Shown one piece after another: positions 36,765-46,237 of a DNA stretch of 64,000 nt (position 1 is its first letter; every line of letters starts with the position of its first letter). The stretch is from contig JACOXU010000001.1 of the NCBI GenBank assembly GCA_016182185.1, positions 207,251 through 271,250 of the forward strand, given 5' to 3'. Made by a program: the position numbers and the translations under genes. Below the pieces are notes generated by a model, which saw only the letters and a program-made list of their open reading frames with translations, made no database searches and was not told the origin of the DNA. Source of the stretch: Candidatus Levyibacteriota bacterium. Its GTDB lineage: Bacteria; Patescibacteriota; Microgenomatia; Levybacterales; UBA12049.

Positions 36765-37811
36765 TCAATCTGGATAATCTTCATTTTCAAATAACACCTC
36801 CTTATTAAGAAACATGTTTAAATAATATTTAAGATTAAATTTTCTGCTTATCCAAGGAAGATAAGCTTTGTCAGCGACCGCTCTTATTTTAGTTTGGATT
36901 ACCCTGCGTTTTTTGAGAGTATTGTCGATATTTACAACATTCCATAAAAGAGCATTTATTACTGCTATGCTCAGTCTTAACTTAAACTTTATCGAATAAA
37001 TAATAGCCAGAAATAAATATATTACTACCAATGATAAGACAATTCTGGCAAGCGTTGGAAGTTCAAAATTTTTAATGGAGCTTGCCAACCTATTCTTGAA
37101 TGAGTGAAAAAAAATAAAACTTTCTGCCATTTTCTGACTTGTCTGTCCTCCTTTGTGATATATCACCGATGCCGGTTCATAGACGACTTTATAGCCTGAA
37201 AGCCAAACCCGATGACAAAAATCAGTTTCTTCGTAATATGCAAAAAAATCCTTGTCAAATAAAGAAACTTTCTTTATGGCCTCTCTTCTTATCAGTAAGC
37301 AAGCTCCATTGCCGGAGAATATGGGCATTGATTTGTTGTAGATTTTTTTCTCGGGATCCTGGCCGTAACCGAAGTAATATAAAAAACCGGGAGTAGTAAA
37401 AAAAGCACCCCCGGATTGAAGACGCTTGTTATCAAGAAATATAATCTTAGGCTGAACAACTCCTATCAGTCTATCTGATCTTATTTTTTCAACTAAAACT
37501 GTTAAAAAATTGGGTTTAACAATAGTATCATTATTTAAAAGCAGTACTAGATTCCCATTTACCATTGGTATAGCCTGATTATTAGCCTCGGCAAAACCTA
37601 CATTTTTGACATTCCTGATTAATCTTATATTTAAATCTTGATATCTTTTTTTTGATAATTCTTCGAGTGAGCCATCTGTTGAACCATTATCTACAATAAT
37701 TATCTCTGTATTTTTATATGTATTGTTTTTAAAAGACATAAGACATTCTTTAAGTAGCCCAGAGCCATTAAGATTAACAATAATGATTGATACAAGATAA
37801 GATTTTTTCAT
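36765..37811 (-). CDS. GT2-family glycosyltransferase with C-terminal TM helices
   Basis: VSIIIVNLNGSGLL...IIIVDNGSTDGS...LLNNDT. Confidence 0.8.
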   Translation of the reverse strand: MKKSYLVSIIIVNLNGSGLLKECLMSFKNNTYKNTEIIIVDNGSTDGSLEELSKKRYQDLNIRLIRNVKNVGFAEANNQAIPMVNGNLVLLLNNDTIVKPNFLTVLVEKIRSDRLIGVVQPKIIFLDNKRLQSGGAFFTTPGFLYYFGYGQDPEKKIYNKSMPIFSGNGACLLIRREAIKKVSLFDKDFFAYYEETDFCHRVWLSGYKVVYEPASVIYHKGGQTSQKMAESFIFFHSFKNRLASSIKNFELPTLARIVLSLVVIYLFLAIIYSIKFKLRLSIAVINALLWNVVNIDNTLKKRRVIQTKIRAVADKAYLPWISRKFNLKYYLNMFLNKEVLFENEDYPD

Positions 37812-40387
37812 TCTGAAACGGAGATTTTAGGTACCAGCCGTAGGCTTTCTACGACGACATTTCCAGGAAAATTGCTAAAATCAAGACTTATCTTCTGAAT
37901 TTTTCTTTTTAAAAATTGTCCTGGTAAGCTATAATTTTCAGATTCGTAAATTGGAATTTTGTATGCATGAAACTTCCCATCAACTGCAATTTTGAAATAA
38001 AAACTTGTTTGGTCTTGGGGAATATTTGTAAGATTTGTTTCCCATGTCAACTTCCCAAATGAATAATCGGGTATTTCAGTAAATTTTGAATTCATAACGT
38101 ATGCATGAAGGTTGTATAAATCTTCTTTTAATTCTTGTCTGCTAGACCACAAATTAAATATCCCTACTGCATCTGCAAGCACCGGCTCAACTTCATCAAG
38201 CTTGACAAAACTTCCTTTTTGAGTTGAATCAACACTTGCTCTAACAAAACGCGCATTATAAGTCTTGGGCCATTTATCTAATATTTCCCATCTTGTATTA
38301 TTCTTAACAGTCATAACCTTTTCCCAAGCTTTCCCGTCCTTAGATACCTCATAGTTATAATCCTGAGGAAGTAGCGGGTCATCTTTGATCCCTCCCATTA
38401 TGAAACCTGAAAGCTCGTATTCTTTTCCCAAATCCATAATAAACCACCCTGGTAAACAATCTGCCCACCAGGTAGAGCGTGTTCCGAAATTCCCGTCGAC
38501 TAGATGATCTGGATCAAACATTAGCATGTTTCCGCGGGTTCTACACACCTCTAAAATTTTTCTATCTATCATCTCCTCGTAGCTTTTGGAATACGCCAAC
38601 AATGCTTTTAATTTTTCTTCGGTCATTTGAGCATCATCCTGTTCCTTGGGTATTTTTGCTGGAAACAAATCAGCTTTTAAACTAATCTCTGCGATATATG
38701 GAATTTCAACGGGAGATATATCATCAACAGAAAGGTTTAAAAAAGATTTCTGAGACTGTTCATTTGAGAGGTTAAATTGAACTGTTTTCTGATGCAATAT
38801 TACTTCTTTTACCTCATCTGTGTAATTAACAACGCCAATATCTGGATCGAAATCAATAAAATGTAGATTCTGAAAAACAGAGGGTTCATGTTTTATAAGC
38901 GTGATGACTTTTTCCATCTCGCCATACGACCAATCTGTTCTTAAGGTTGATAAACCCTTATAGTAAAATTCTTTAGAAAAGTACCATTCCCATAAATAGT
39001 CTCCCAGTTGATATGAATAGGGATACACGTAAAGAATACTATCTTTTGAATAACTTGGGAATGTTTTTAAAAAAGTTGAATAAAAAAGTTTCTGAGCACG
39101 AAACATATCAGAATACATCCTATCCTGTTCTGTCCAGAGAAAAAAAATATTCCCTACGATATTTAAAAAAAATATACCGCCAATAAGAATCAATCCAAAC
39201 GACTTTCTAAGCTTTTTAAGTTTAAGGCTCAATAGGGAAATTACGATAAACAGTGATGTTCCATAAAAAGCGAAATAACGCCATCTATTTTCGTCATAAC
39301 TATAGTTCCGAAGAAACATGTTTTCATCCATGCTGATTGCCGTTGAATAGAAAAATGTCGGAACGGTTATCATCACAATTGAAAAAAGAAGTAATTTGAA
39401 GTACTTACTTTTTTTTTGCTTATAGACAACATAGAACGCGCTGGCATAGATAAGAAACCCCAAGACAGAAAAGAAATATACTTTTGCAATTTTTTGCGGC
39501 AGTAAAATGACAACAATCTCACGCAACGTATTTAACACCGGATAGGGAATTACGTGAGGAGGAAGATATGTGCCAAATGATGCAATAGAAATAAAAAAAT
39601 ATTCTAAATATCTTTTCTGAGTAAGAAGTACGAACTGGAATTTTACTCTTTCATCGATGAAATAATTGGGCGGTTCAAGAAAACTTTTTGAGAGAACAAA
39701 GTAAATACATGCAATAATGATAAGTGGAAGCTGCGGAAGGAGAAAACGTATGATTTTCTTTCCATTTGCTAAAATAGACTCTTTCTTATGATGGGGAAAA
39801 AAAAAGATGATATCGAAAAAAAGCAAAATAGGAAAAAATATAAGTCCCAGTTCACGAAGAGGCAGAGTGATTACAAGAGAAATAAATGCAATAATATAAC
39901 TTGCTGCGGCGTGTTTTTTTTCTCGAAATTGTTTATAAAAAAATAATGCTATAAAAAATAAAAAAAACTGTAAACTATAAACTCCTTCCTGGCTTCCAAA
40001 AGTAATCGCATCGATCCAGGACAAGTTTGCAGAAAACCATATACCAGTAAGAAAGCCTATTACTCTGCTTTTCGCAAGATTTGTTGTTAAAACAATAAGC
40101 ATGAATGTTGCGAGAATATGAAATAAGATAGCTGTTGCATACCAGCCAGCAGGATTAACGCCAAATAACTTGTAATTTATGAATGATAAAAACCCATGGC
40201 TTCTAATAAGGTTCACTAGGGTAAACTGCTCCCCGGTTGTGCCAATCAGCCATCCGATTTCTCTATTTGCATGGAAGGAGAAATTAAATACTTTATAAAA
40301 ACCGACCAATACAAGGCTTGCGACAATAACAAATTGTAAGAGATATGACTGTAAAATTTTTTTAAATATTAATTTTGCAATTATCAT
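37808..40387 (-). CDS. polytopic membrane protein (putative GT-C) fused to a C-terminal discoidin/F5-8-type-C-like carbohydrate-binding domain
   Basis: At least 13 TM helices in the N-terminal half. The C-terminal VDGNFGTRSTWWADCLPGWFIMDLGKEYELSGFIMG...YEVSKDGKAWEKV fits the F5/8 type C pattern. The start was moved to M11 (40387), giving a TAATG overlap with the upstream MTase. Confidence 0.5.
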   Translation of the reverse strand: MIIAKLIFKKILQSYLLQFVIVASLVLVGFYKVFNFSFHANREIGWLIGTTGEQFTLVNLIRSHGFLSFINYKLFGVNPAGWYATAILFHILATFMLIVLTTNLAKSRVIGFLTGIWFSANLSWIDAITFGSQEGVYSLQFFLFFIALFFYKQFREKKHAAASYIIAFISLVITLPLRELGLIFFPILLFFDIIFFFPHHKKESILANGKKIIRFLLPQLPLIIIACIYFVLSKSFLEPPNYFIDERVKFQFVLLTQKRYLEYFFISIASFGTYLPPHVIPYPVLNTLREIVVILLPQKIAKVYFFSVLGFLIYASAFYVVYKQKKSKYFKLLLFSIVMITVPTFFYSTAISMDENMFLRNYSYDENRWRYFAFYGTSLFIVISLLSLKLKKLRKSFGLILIGGIFFLNIVGNIFFLWTEQDRMYSDMFRAQKLFYSTFLKTFPSYSKDSILYVYPYSYQLGDYLWEWYFSKEFYYKGLSTLRTDWSYGEMEKVITLIKHEPSVFQNLHFIDFDPDIGVVNYTDEVKEVILHQKTVQFNLSNEQSQKSFLNLSVDDISPVEIPYIAEISLKADLFPAKIPKEQDDAQMTEEKLKALLAYSKSYEEMIDRKILEVCRTRGNMLMFDPDHLVDGNFGTRSTWWADCLPGWFIMDLGKEYELSGFIMGGIKDDPLLPQDYNYEVSKDGKAWEKVMTVKNNTRWEILDKWPKTYNARFVRASVDSTQKGSFVKLDEVEPVLADAVGIFNLWSSRQELKEDLYNLHAYVMNSKFTEIPDYSFGKLTWETNLTNIPQDQTSFYFKIAVDGKFHAYKIPIYESENYSLPGQFLKRKIQKISLDFSNFPGNVVVESLRLVPKISVSE

Positions 40388-41139
40388 TACTTCTTGCGGC
40401 AAACAAAAATGAAACAATAACTCAAATTAAAAGGTACGAATTTGTTAAAGAACACGTTATAAAGTTTTATTATGAGAGGATGTGCGAATCTGGTACCTCC
40501 TAGATGGTTATATACGCTTGCCGATTCTATTTCAAGACCTCCTTTAGCCAGAACTTCTCTCCAGCCCTGATATGTATAAAATTTCTCGTTATTGTAATCA
40601 TATATGTTCTCGCCGCTATTTGTAGTTCCTCCGTGGGTGGGCATAAGGCCACGACGTAATGCGAGCCATACATAACCTACAAACATAAGATTTGGCACAA
40701 ATATAACTGCCCGTCCATTATTCTTAAGAACGCGGGCGATTTCCCTTGCGCCTTTCACTGGATTTTGGTAGTACTCAAGTCCGCCAAGACAGGAAACAAA
40801 ATCGAATTGGCTGCTCGTAAAGGAGAGCGCTTCTCCGTCATCTACGGAAAACGTTGCATTTGGAACAATTTTTTTTGCATTAGTAATTGCGTATCTTGAA
40901 ATATCTGATCCGTAAAGTTCAAGGTAATTATTCTTTTCATTAATTTGTTTAATTAGTAGTCCTTTTCCGCAAGCCACGTCCAATAACCTTCCTCTTGTTT
41001 TACTGGTGATGCCTAAAGCCTGCATGACATTCCTGTTGGAGAACGAAAAGTCTTTTATGCTTTTTTCTATATCAAGTTGGTAAACTTCTTTATGCCAACG
41101 ATCGTATAGTTCCTGCTTGGTTCTATTCCTTTTTCTCAT
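40387..41139 (-). CDS. class I SAM-dependent methyltransferase
   Basis: RLLDVACGKGLLIKQI...GSDIS...FDFVSCLGGLEY. Confidence 0.75.
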   Translation of the reverse strand: MRKRNRTKQELYDRWHKEVYQLDIEKSIKDFSFSNRNVMQALGITSKTRGRLLDVACGKGLLIKQINEKNNYLELYGSDISRYAITNAKKIVPNATFSVDDGEALSFTSSQFDFVSCLGGLEYYQNPVKGAREIARVLKNNGRAVIFVPNLMFVGYVWLALRRGLMPTHGGTTNSGENIYDYNNEKFYTYQGWREVLAKGGLEIESASVYNHLGGTRFAHPLIIKLYNVFFNKFVPFNLSYCFIFVCRKK

Positions 41140-41752
41140 TGTTTACTATTGCTAAATTATATGCACGAAAAGGTTCTAAAAAGGGAACTTTTTCCATAAA
41201 AAATTCAAAAATTTTGAAAGGGAAACGTACGAAAGAAGGATATGCGTGTGCTTCAAAATATTTAAACTGGGACCTAGGAAATATTGAGCGGATTATTCTT
41301 ATAAAATATCCTTTCGTAAAATGATTATGACCTTCCATTTTGACCATATGCGGGTAGAAAAGAGGATTATACCTATTGGCCTCAAGAATAATAATCTTCC
41401 CCCCCCGCTTACAAACCCTTCTTAGCTCCTTTAAACCATCGAGATGCAACCTAGTACTTTGATTTTTCTCATCTATGTGATGGAGTACATCGTGTAAAAA
41501 AACGTAATCAAAAGAATTATCTTTGAAAGGAATTTTGTAGATACTTCCTTTCTTAAAATTAAGAGCTTTTATGTTTTTGATGTTTTTGTCCTTATAAATA
41601 TCTGTCCCCCATGTTTTTAGACTATATTTTTCAATAAAAATTTTATCATCATCACCGTCGCCGCATCCCACATCCAGAAGTGTGTTTCCTTTTTTGAAGG
41701 AAAGTCCCATTTTTTCAAAAATATCTTTTTTGTAAAGCTGTTTTACAGTCAT
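41123..41752 (-). CDS. class I SAM-dependent methyltransferase (type 11-like)
   Basis: TLLDVGCGDGDDDKIF...GTDI...FDYVFLHDVLHHI. Confidence 0.75.
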   Translation of the reverse strand: MTVKQLYKKDIFEKMGLSFKKGNTLLDVGCGDGDDDKIFIEKYSLKTWGTDIYKDKNIKNIKALNFKKGSIYKIPFKDNSFDYVFLHDVLHHIDEKNQSTRLHLDGLKELRRVCKRGGKIIILEANRYNPLFYPHMVKMEGHNHFTKGYFIRIIRSIFPRSQFKYFEAHAYPSFVRFPFKIFEFFMEKVPFLEPFRAYNLAIVNNEKKE

Positions 41753-42936
41753 ACAAATACTCTTTTCAGGTGCTTAGCAAGAAGAGACGGATAATCAAAT
41801 TGTTTTGCATACCGAAGAGATGATCTCCTATATTCTTTTAAGCGTTTGTCATTACCTATGATTGATATTATAGCACTTGCTGCTTCTTTCGAACTCTCTT
41901 TTATTACTATTCCTCCTCCTGCATCCTGAATATCATACGCATTATAGAAAGTATCAGTCATAACAACAGGTATACCAGCTCCTAAATATAATTTAGTCTT
42001 TGCAGGATCCGCATAAAAGGTGAGACCACTTTCATCTTCATTGGTATATGTTGCAATACCTACACCACATGAAGCAATAATATTTTCCACTTCTTTGTGA
42101 TCTTCGACATATCCCATAAATTTTACATTATCTGAAACTCCTAAATTCTTTGCTAATTTTTCAAGCGAGTTTTTATAATCACCTTTTCCGATAATAATAA
42201 GAATAAAATCAGGGATTCTTTCAAGAATTATCGGCATTGCGCGAATAACAATTTGAACACCCATTCTTTTGACAATATGTCCTACAAATATTGCTGAATG
42301 TTTATTAACATTGAAAAATGGTAATCTTTTAATTCTATCAATCCAGACACCCTCAGGGACAAGTTTTTGTTTTTTGTCATACTTATTATTCAACTCAAGT
42401 AGATTCCGTCTTCCTTCAATCACTCTAGGGGACAGTATCCAAACTTCATCGGAAAAAATTACTGCAAGTTTTTCAACCCAATGATAAAAATTATTCAAAA
42501 GTTTATTTTCAAATCTTTGAGGGACGAAATCGACTGTATAAAAAATGACCTTATCTACAAAACCCAGTTTTTTTAAAATTACTCCAGATATGGTATTGAG
42601 ATTATCAGCGCCGATGTAAAGATCCCATCTCTTTCTCTTACTCAAAACGAAAACAATATTTAAAATGCCGTCTTTTAAATAAGTCAGTAATCCCTTATTC
42701 TTTAAAAAAGAAAACTTCTTCATTTCTACAGCTTTACCTTTTTTTGAAAAACGATAAAAGGATAGTTCATTTTCTCTTTCTGGATGCAATGGGTGGCCTA
42801 TGTATAAAAGTTTTTTTATTTTTATAATACGAAGGAATTCTTCCAGGTGCTGTATAAATGCAGTTGATGAATAATGTGTTGCAATGATAACAGATTTGTT
42901 TTGAAGAATAGTGTTGTCATTATCGCGCTTGTGCAT
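41749..42936 (-). CDS. GT4-family glycosyltransferase
   Basis: The C-domain ...IIIGKGDYKNSLEKLAKNLGVSDNVKFMGYV...GIPVVMTD is typical of GT4. Confidence 0.75.
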   Translation of the reverse strand: MHKRDNDNTILQNKSVIIATHYSSTAFIQHLEEFLRIIKIKKLLYIGHPLHPERENELSFYRFSKKGKAVEMKKFSFLKNKGLLTYLKDGILNIVFVLSKRKRWDLYIGADNLNTISGVILKKLGFVDKVIFYTVDFVPQRFENKLLNNFYHWVEKLAVIFSDEVWILSPRVIEGRRNLLELNNKYDKKQKLVPEGVWIDRIKRLPFFNVNKHSAIFVGHIVKRMGVQIVIRAMPIILERIPDFILIIIGKGDYKNSLEKLAKNLGVSDNVKFMGYVEDHKEVENIIASCGVGIATYTNEDESGLTFYADPAKTKLYLGAGIPVVMTDTFYNAYDIQDAGGGIVIKESSKEAASAIISIIGNDKRLKEYRRSSLRYAKQFDYPSLLAKHLKRVFV

Positions 42937-44026
42937 AAAATTTTTTTATAGCATCACAGATATATTTTATTTGTCCTTTTTTTAATTCATAATAAACAGG
43001 GAGCGATAATCCATTTTTATATGCATAAATTGAATTTGGAAAATTTTGGTCATTGTATTTATACATTTTATAGCAAGGCTGCTTATGCAGAGGATAAAAC
43101 ATTTCTCTAGTTTGAATTCCTTTTTCTTGTAAAAATTCTGTAAGCCCTGGTAGATTTTGGACAAAAATATTAAATCTGAATGGAGTAAAGCTTGAGTATG
43201 AAAGCGGTTTTATTATTTCAACATTCTTAAGATTTACTAAGTATTTTTCATACAAGCTGTGATTTTCTAATCTTTTCTTCAAAATTTTGTCAAATTTTTT
43301 AATCTGCGCGAGACCAACAGCGCATTGAAGATCCGTCATTCTGAAATTATAACCTATTTGAGGATGGATAAAGGAACCGCTTGTTAATCTTCCTTGATTT
43401 CTAAAATACAAAAGTTTTTCGTACAATCTCTTGTCGTTGGTAACAACCATTCCTCCTTCCCCGCCCGTTGTAAAAGCTTTGTCAGCAAAAAAAGAAAAAC
43501 AGCCTAAATCTCCAATAGTTCCCACGTGTTTATTTTTGTAAAACAACCCATGACCCTGACATGCATCTTCGACAATAAATAATTTATTTTTCTTGGCAAT
43601 TTTTTGAATTATATCTATATCGCATGCTGCGCCATAAATATGAACAGGCATTATCGCTTTGGTTTTCTTAGTTATCACTTTTTCGATCTTGTCGGTATCA
43701 ATGTTTAAATCATCAATTTTTACATCAACAAATATTGGTGTTGCGCCTGTTAAATAGACGGCATTCGATGACGCAATCATAGTAAAATCAGGCACTATTA
43801 TCTCATCTCCCGGACCAATACCGAGAACCATTAATGACATATATAAAGCCAGCGTCCCATTTGGAGCAAGAACACCATATTTTGATCCAGTTATTTTCAG
43901 CATTTCTGAAATAAAACTTTTGGCTTTTGGCCCTTCAGTAACCCAGGCATTTCTTAAAGTATCTAAGACTTCTTTTTCTTCATCTTTTGTAAAATATGGA
44001 TAAACTTGTGGAATTATTTGTTTCAT
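42920..44026 (-). CDS. DegT/DnrJ/EryC1-family PLP-dependent sugar aminotransferase
   Basis: The active-site segment FSFFADKAFTTGGEGGMVV keeps the catalytic Lys, unlike the two E1-like paralogs. It is about 368 aa. Confidence 0.75.
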   Translation of the reverse strand: MKQIIPQVYPYFTKDEEKEVLDTLRNAWVTEGPKAKSFISEMLKITGSKYGVLAPNGTLALYMSLMVLGIGPGDEIIVPDFTMIASSNAVYLTGATPIFVDVKIDDLNIDTDKIEKVITKKTKAIMPVHIYGAACDIDIIQKIAKKNKLFIVEDACQGHGLFYKNKHVGTIGDLGCFSFFADKAFTTGGEGGMVVTNDKRLYEKLLYFRNQGRLTSGSFIHPQIGYNFRMTDLQCAVGLAQIKKFDKILKKRLENHSLYEKYLVNLKNVEIIKPLSYSSFTPFRFNIFVQNLPGLTEFLQEKGIQTREMFYPLHKQPCYKMYKYNDQNFPNSIYAYKNGLSLPVYYELKKGQIKYICDAIKKFYAQAR

Positions 44027-44030
44027 AAAT

Positions 44031-44963
44031 TTAATCGTTTAAATAGGATTTGTACGTTGTTTTAATTCCTTGTTCAATACCGGTTTCTGGTAACCATTTA
44101 AAAATTTTTTTGCATAGGGAAACATCCATAACTTTATAGGGAGCTCCATCCGGTTTTGTTTTATCAAAGACTAACCTACCTTTATATCCAACAATTTTTT
44201 TAATTAACTTTGCCAAATCTAATATGGTTATTCCCTTGCCAACTCCTATATTTATTGGCTCTATGAAGTAATCGATATTTATAGCTTTGATCAGTGCTTC
44301 AGCCCCATCGTCAACATATAACCATTCTCTGACAGGTTTTCCTGTTCCCCATACCACAACTTCAGATAGCCCCTTCTTTTTGGCATTAATAATTTTCATA
44401 AGAAGAGCTCCTAAAGCATGGGATCTTTCGGGATCAAAGTAATCACCGGGTCCGTACATATTTGGTAAGACTAAGTTGATAAATTTCATTCCGTACTGCC
44501 GTGCATACGCCCATGTTTGCGCCCACTGTGCTTTTCTAACCATGCCGTACACCATAACTGAGGGGTGAAGCGGACCATTCCAAAACTCAGATTCTTTAAA
44601 ATCTTTATTCACCACATCAGGATACGCACAATTGGCAATGGGACTTATAAAAAGCTCAACTCCAGTAAGTCTTGCTGCCTCTATTAAATTTGTGCTGATC
44701 AAAATATTATTAAAATATACTTCACCTGCATGATCCAATCCAAACTTAATTCCGCCTATATAGGCAGCTGAGTGAATTACGATATCAGCTTTATTTTTCC
44801 TGAAGTAGGTAAGGGTTTTGTTAAAATTTCTGAAGTCAACTCCACTAGTTAAAGAGGCAGAAACAACCTTGTATTGTTTTTTTTCTTTTAGTTTTTTGAC
44901 TATCCTTTTACCTAAAAATCCATTTCCACCGGCAACAAAAACAGTTTTATTTATCATGCGCAC
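44031..44963 (-). CDS. fcl: GDP-L-fucose synthase-like 3,5-epimerase/4-reductase (Fcl/GMER family; ColC is a homolog)
   Basis: VVVWGTGKPVREWLYVDD and VGYKGRLVFDKTKPDGAPYKVMDV closely parallel E. coli Fcl ([42 protein letters not shown]). Confidence 0.7.
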   Translation of the reverse strand: MRMINKTVFVAGGNGFLGKRIVKKLKEKKQYKVVSASLTSGVDFRNFNKTLTYFRKNKADIVIHSAAYIGGIKFGLDHAGEVYFNNILISTNLIEAARLTGVELFISPIANCAYPDVVNKDFKESEFWNGPLHPSVMVYGMVRKAQWAQTWAYARQYGMKFINLVLPNMYGPGDYFDPERSHALGALLMKIINAKKKGLSEVVVWGTGKPVREWLYVDDGAEALIKAINIDYFIEPINIGVGKGITILDLAKLIKKIVGYKGRLVFDKTKPDGAPYKVMDVSLCKKIFKWLPETGIEQGIKTTYKSYLND

Positions 44964-44996
44964 AGATTAATCTTCAATATCATATAGAATATACGA

Positions 44997-46208
44997 TCAT
45001 TTTTCAACAGGAATCAAAGGAAGAATAAGGGGATCGCGAGGTCCTGACTTGAAATCGAAAGCGTTCAGCATATTTGCAGATTTCCCATCACGCTCTGTTA
45101 AAGAAGGCAAGTTATAAAGTGTTTGAAAAAATTTTAGTACAGAACTTGTATTATACGTGGTATGATCTATATACCCCTTTTTACTGTAGGCTGAAATTAC
45201 TAAACCTGGCACTCTTGGTCCAGGACCAAACTGGTCTGTTATTTCTGGCTTAACATGATCAAAATAACCCCCGAAATCATCCCAAATAACAATTATGGCT
45301 GTGTCCTTCCAATATTTGCTTTTCATAATTTCGTTTATAACCTCCGTTACATGATTCATTCCCTTTCTCACATTTTGAGGAGGATGCTCGCTTTCTTCCG
45401 CTTCCGGAAAAATCCAGGAGAATTGTGGCAAGGTACCATTTTTTATATCCTTAAAAATTTTATCTCTATGAACAATGTTACTAATGACTTTTTTGTCATT
45501 TTTATGCTGCTTAAAAGTAAGGATGTAATTAAAACCATTAGGGACATTTGTTAGATTATTAAAAGTTTCGCCGGAGTAAAGCTTCCAGCTGATGGAGTAT
45601 TCTTTAAAAAGGTCTATCATGGTCTTTGAAGCTAGATAAGGTTTCTCCATTCTGTTGGTCATCCAACCTTCTGCAGTTGCAGCAATTAAATAAAAATGCG
45701 ACGGCACAGAATATCTGACTCTCACTGCGCTAAAAAGTCTGTCTAAAAGCACAAAATTTTTAGCATATGCCCAGTAATTGGGAATTTCCTTCTCCTCAAA
45801 ATATTGCATTACAACCATCCCGTTAGCATCTTCTCTACCAGTATCAAAATCCTTATGATAGGCTCTTTCTCTTAAACTGGGAGTTTTTGTATTTTGTGTG
45901 CGTCGCAAACCAATTGATGGTTTTTCGCCTGGAAGCCTAGGAAGCAGAGTATTTGGATCAAAACCATCCGCTCCAGGATATGTTCCGAAATAACTATCAA
46001 AACTATGGTTTTCCTGAACTATTAAAACTACCCTTTTAATCGGGTAGCTTGAAACAGCTTTTTTCTGATCAAGTACGATTGGAACTTTTGTTTTATGACG
46101 AACAAAGGTCTTGATAGTTAAGGACAAGGTGACAATTAAGATCAGTAAGGCAAATAGTAAAAATGATTTTCTCATCAAGAAATCCACCATATTTTTTTGT
46201 TTTTTCAT
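44997..46208 (-). CDS. phosphoesterase-family protein (phospholipase C/AcpA-like), N-terminally membrane-anchored
   Basis: VVLIVQENHSFDSYFGTYPG is the phosphoesterase-family (PF04185-type) signature. There is an N-terminal TM helix. Confidence 0.6.
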   Translation of the reverse strand: MKKQKNMVDFLMRKSFLLFALLILIVTLSLTIKTFVRHKTKVPIVLDQKKAVSSYPIKRVVLIVQENHSFDSYFGTYPGADGFDPNTLLPRLPGEKPSIGLRRTQNTKTPSLRERAYHKDFDTGREDANGMVVMQYFEEKEIPNYWAYAKNFVLLDRLFSAVRVRYSVPSHFYLIAATAEGWMTNRMEKPYLASKTMIDLFKEYSISWKLYSGETFNNLTNVPNGFNYILTFKQHKNDKKVISNIVHRDKIFKDIKNGTLPQFSWIFPEAEESEHPPQNVRKGMNHVTEVINEIMKSKYWKDTAIIVIWDDFGGYFDHVKPEITDQFGPGPRVPGLVISAYSKKGYIDHTTYNTSSVLKFFQTLYNLPSLTERDGKSANMLNAFDFKSGPRDPLILPLIPVEK

Positions 46209-46237
46209 TAGATATCTAAATACGTAATAAACCCATG

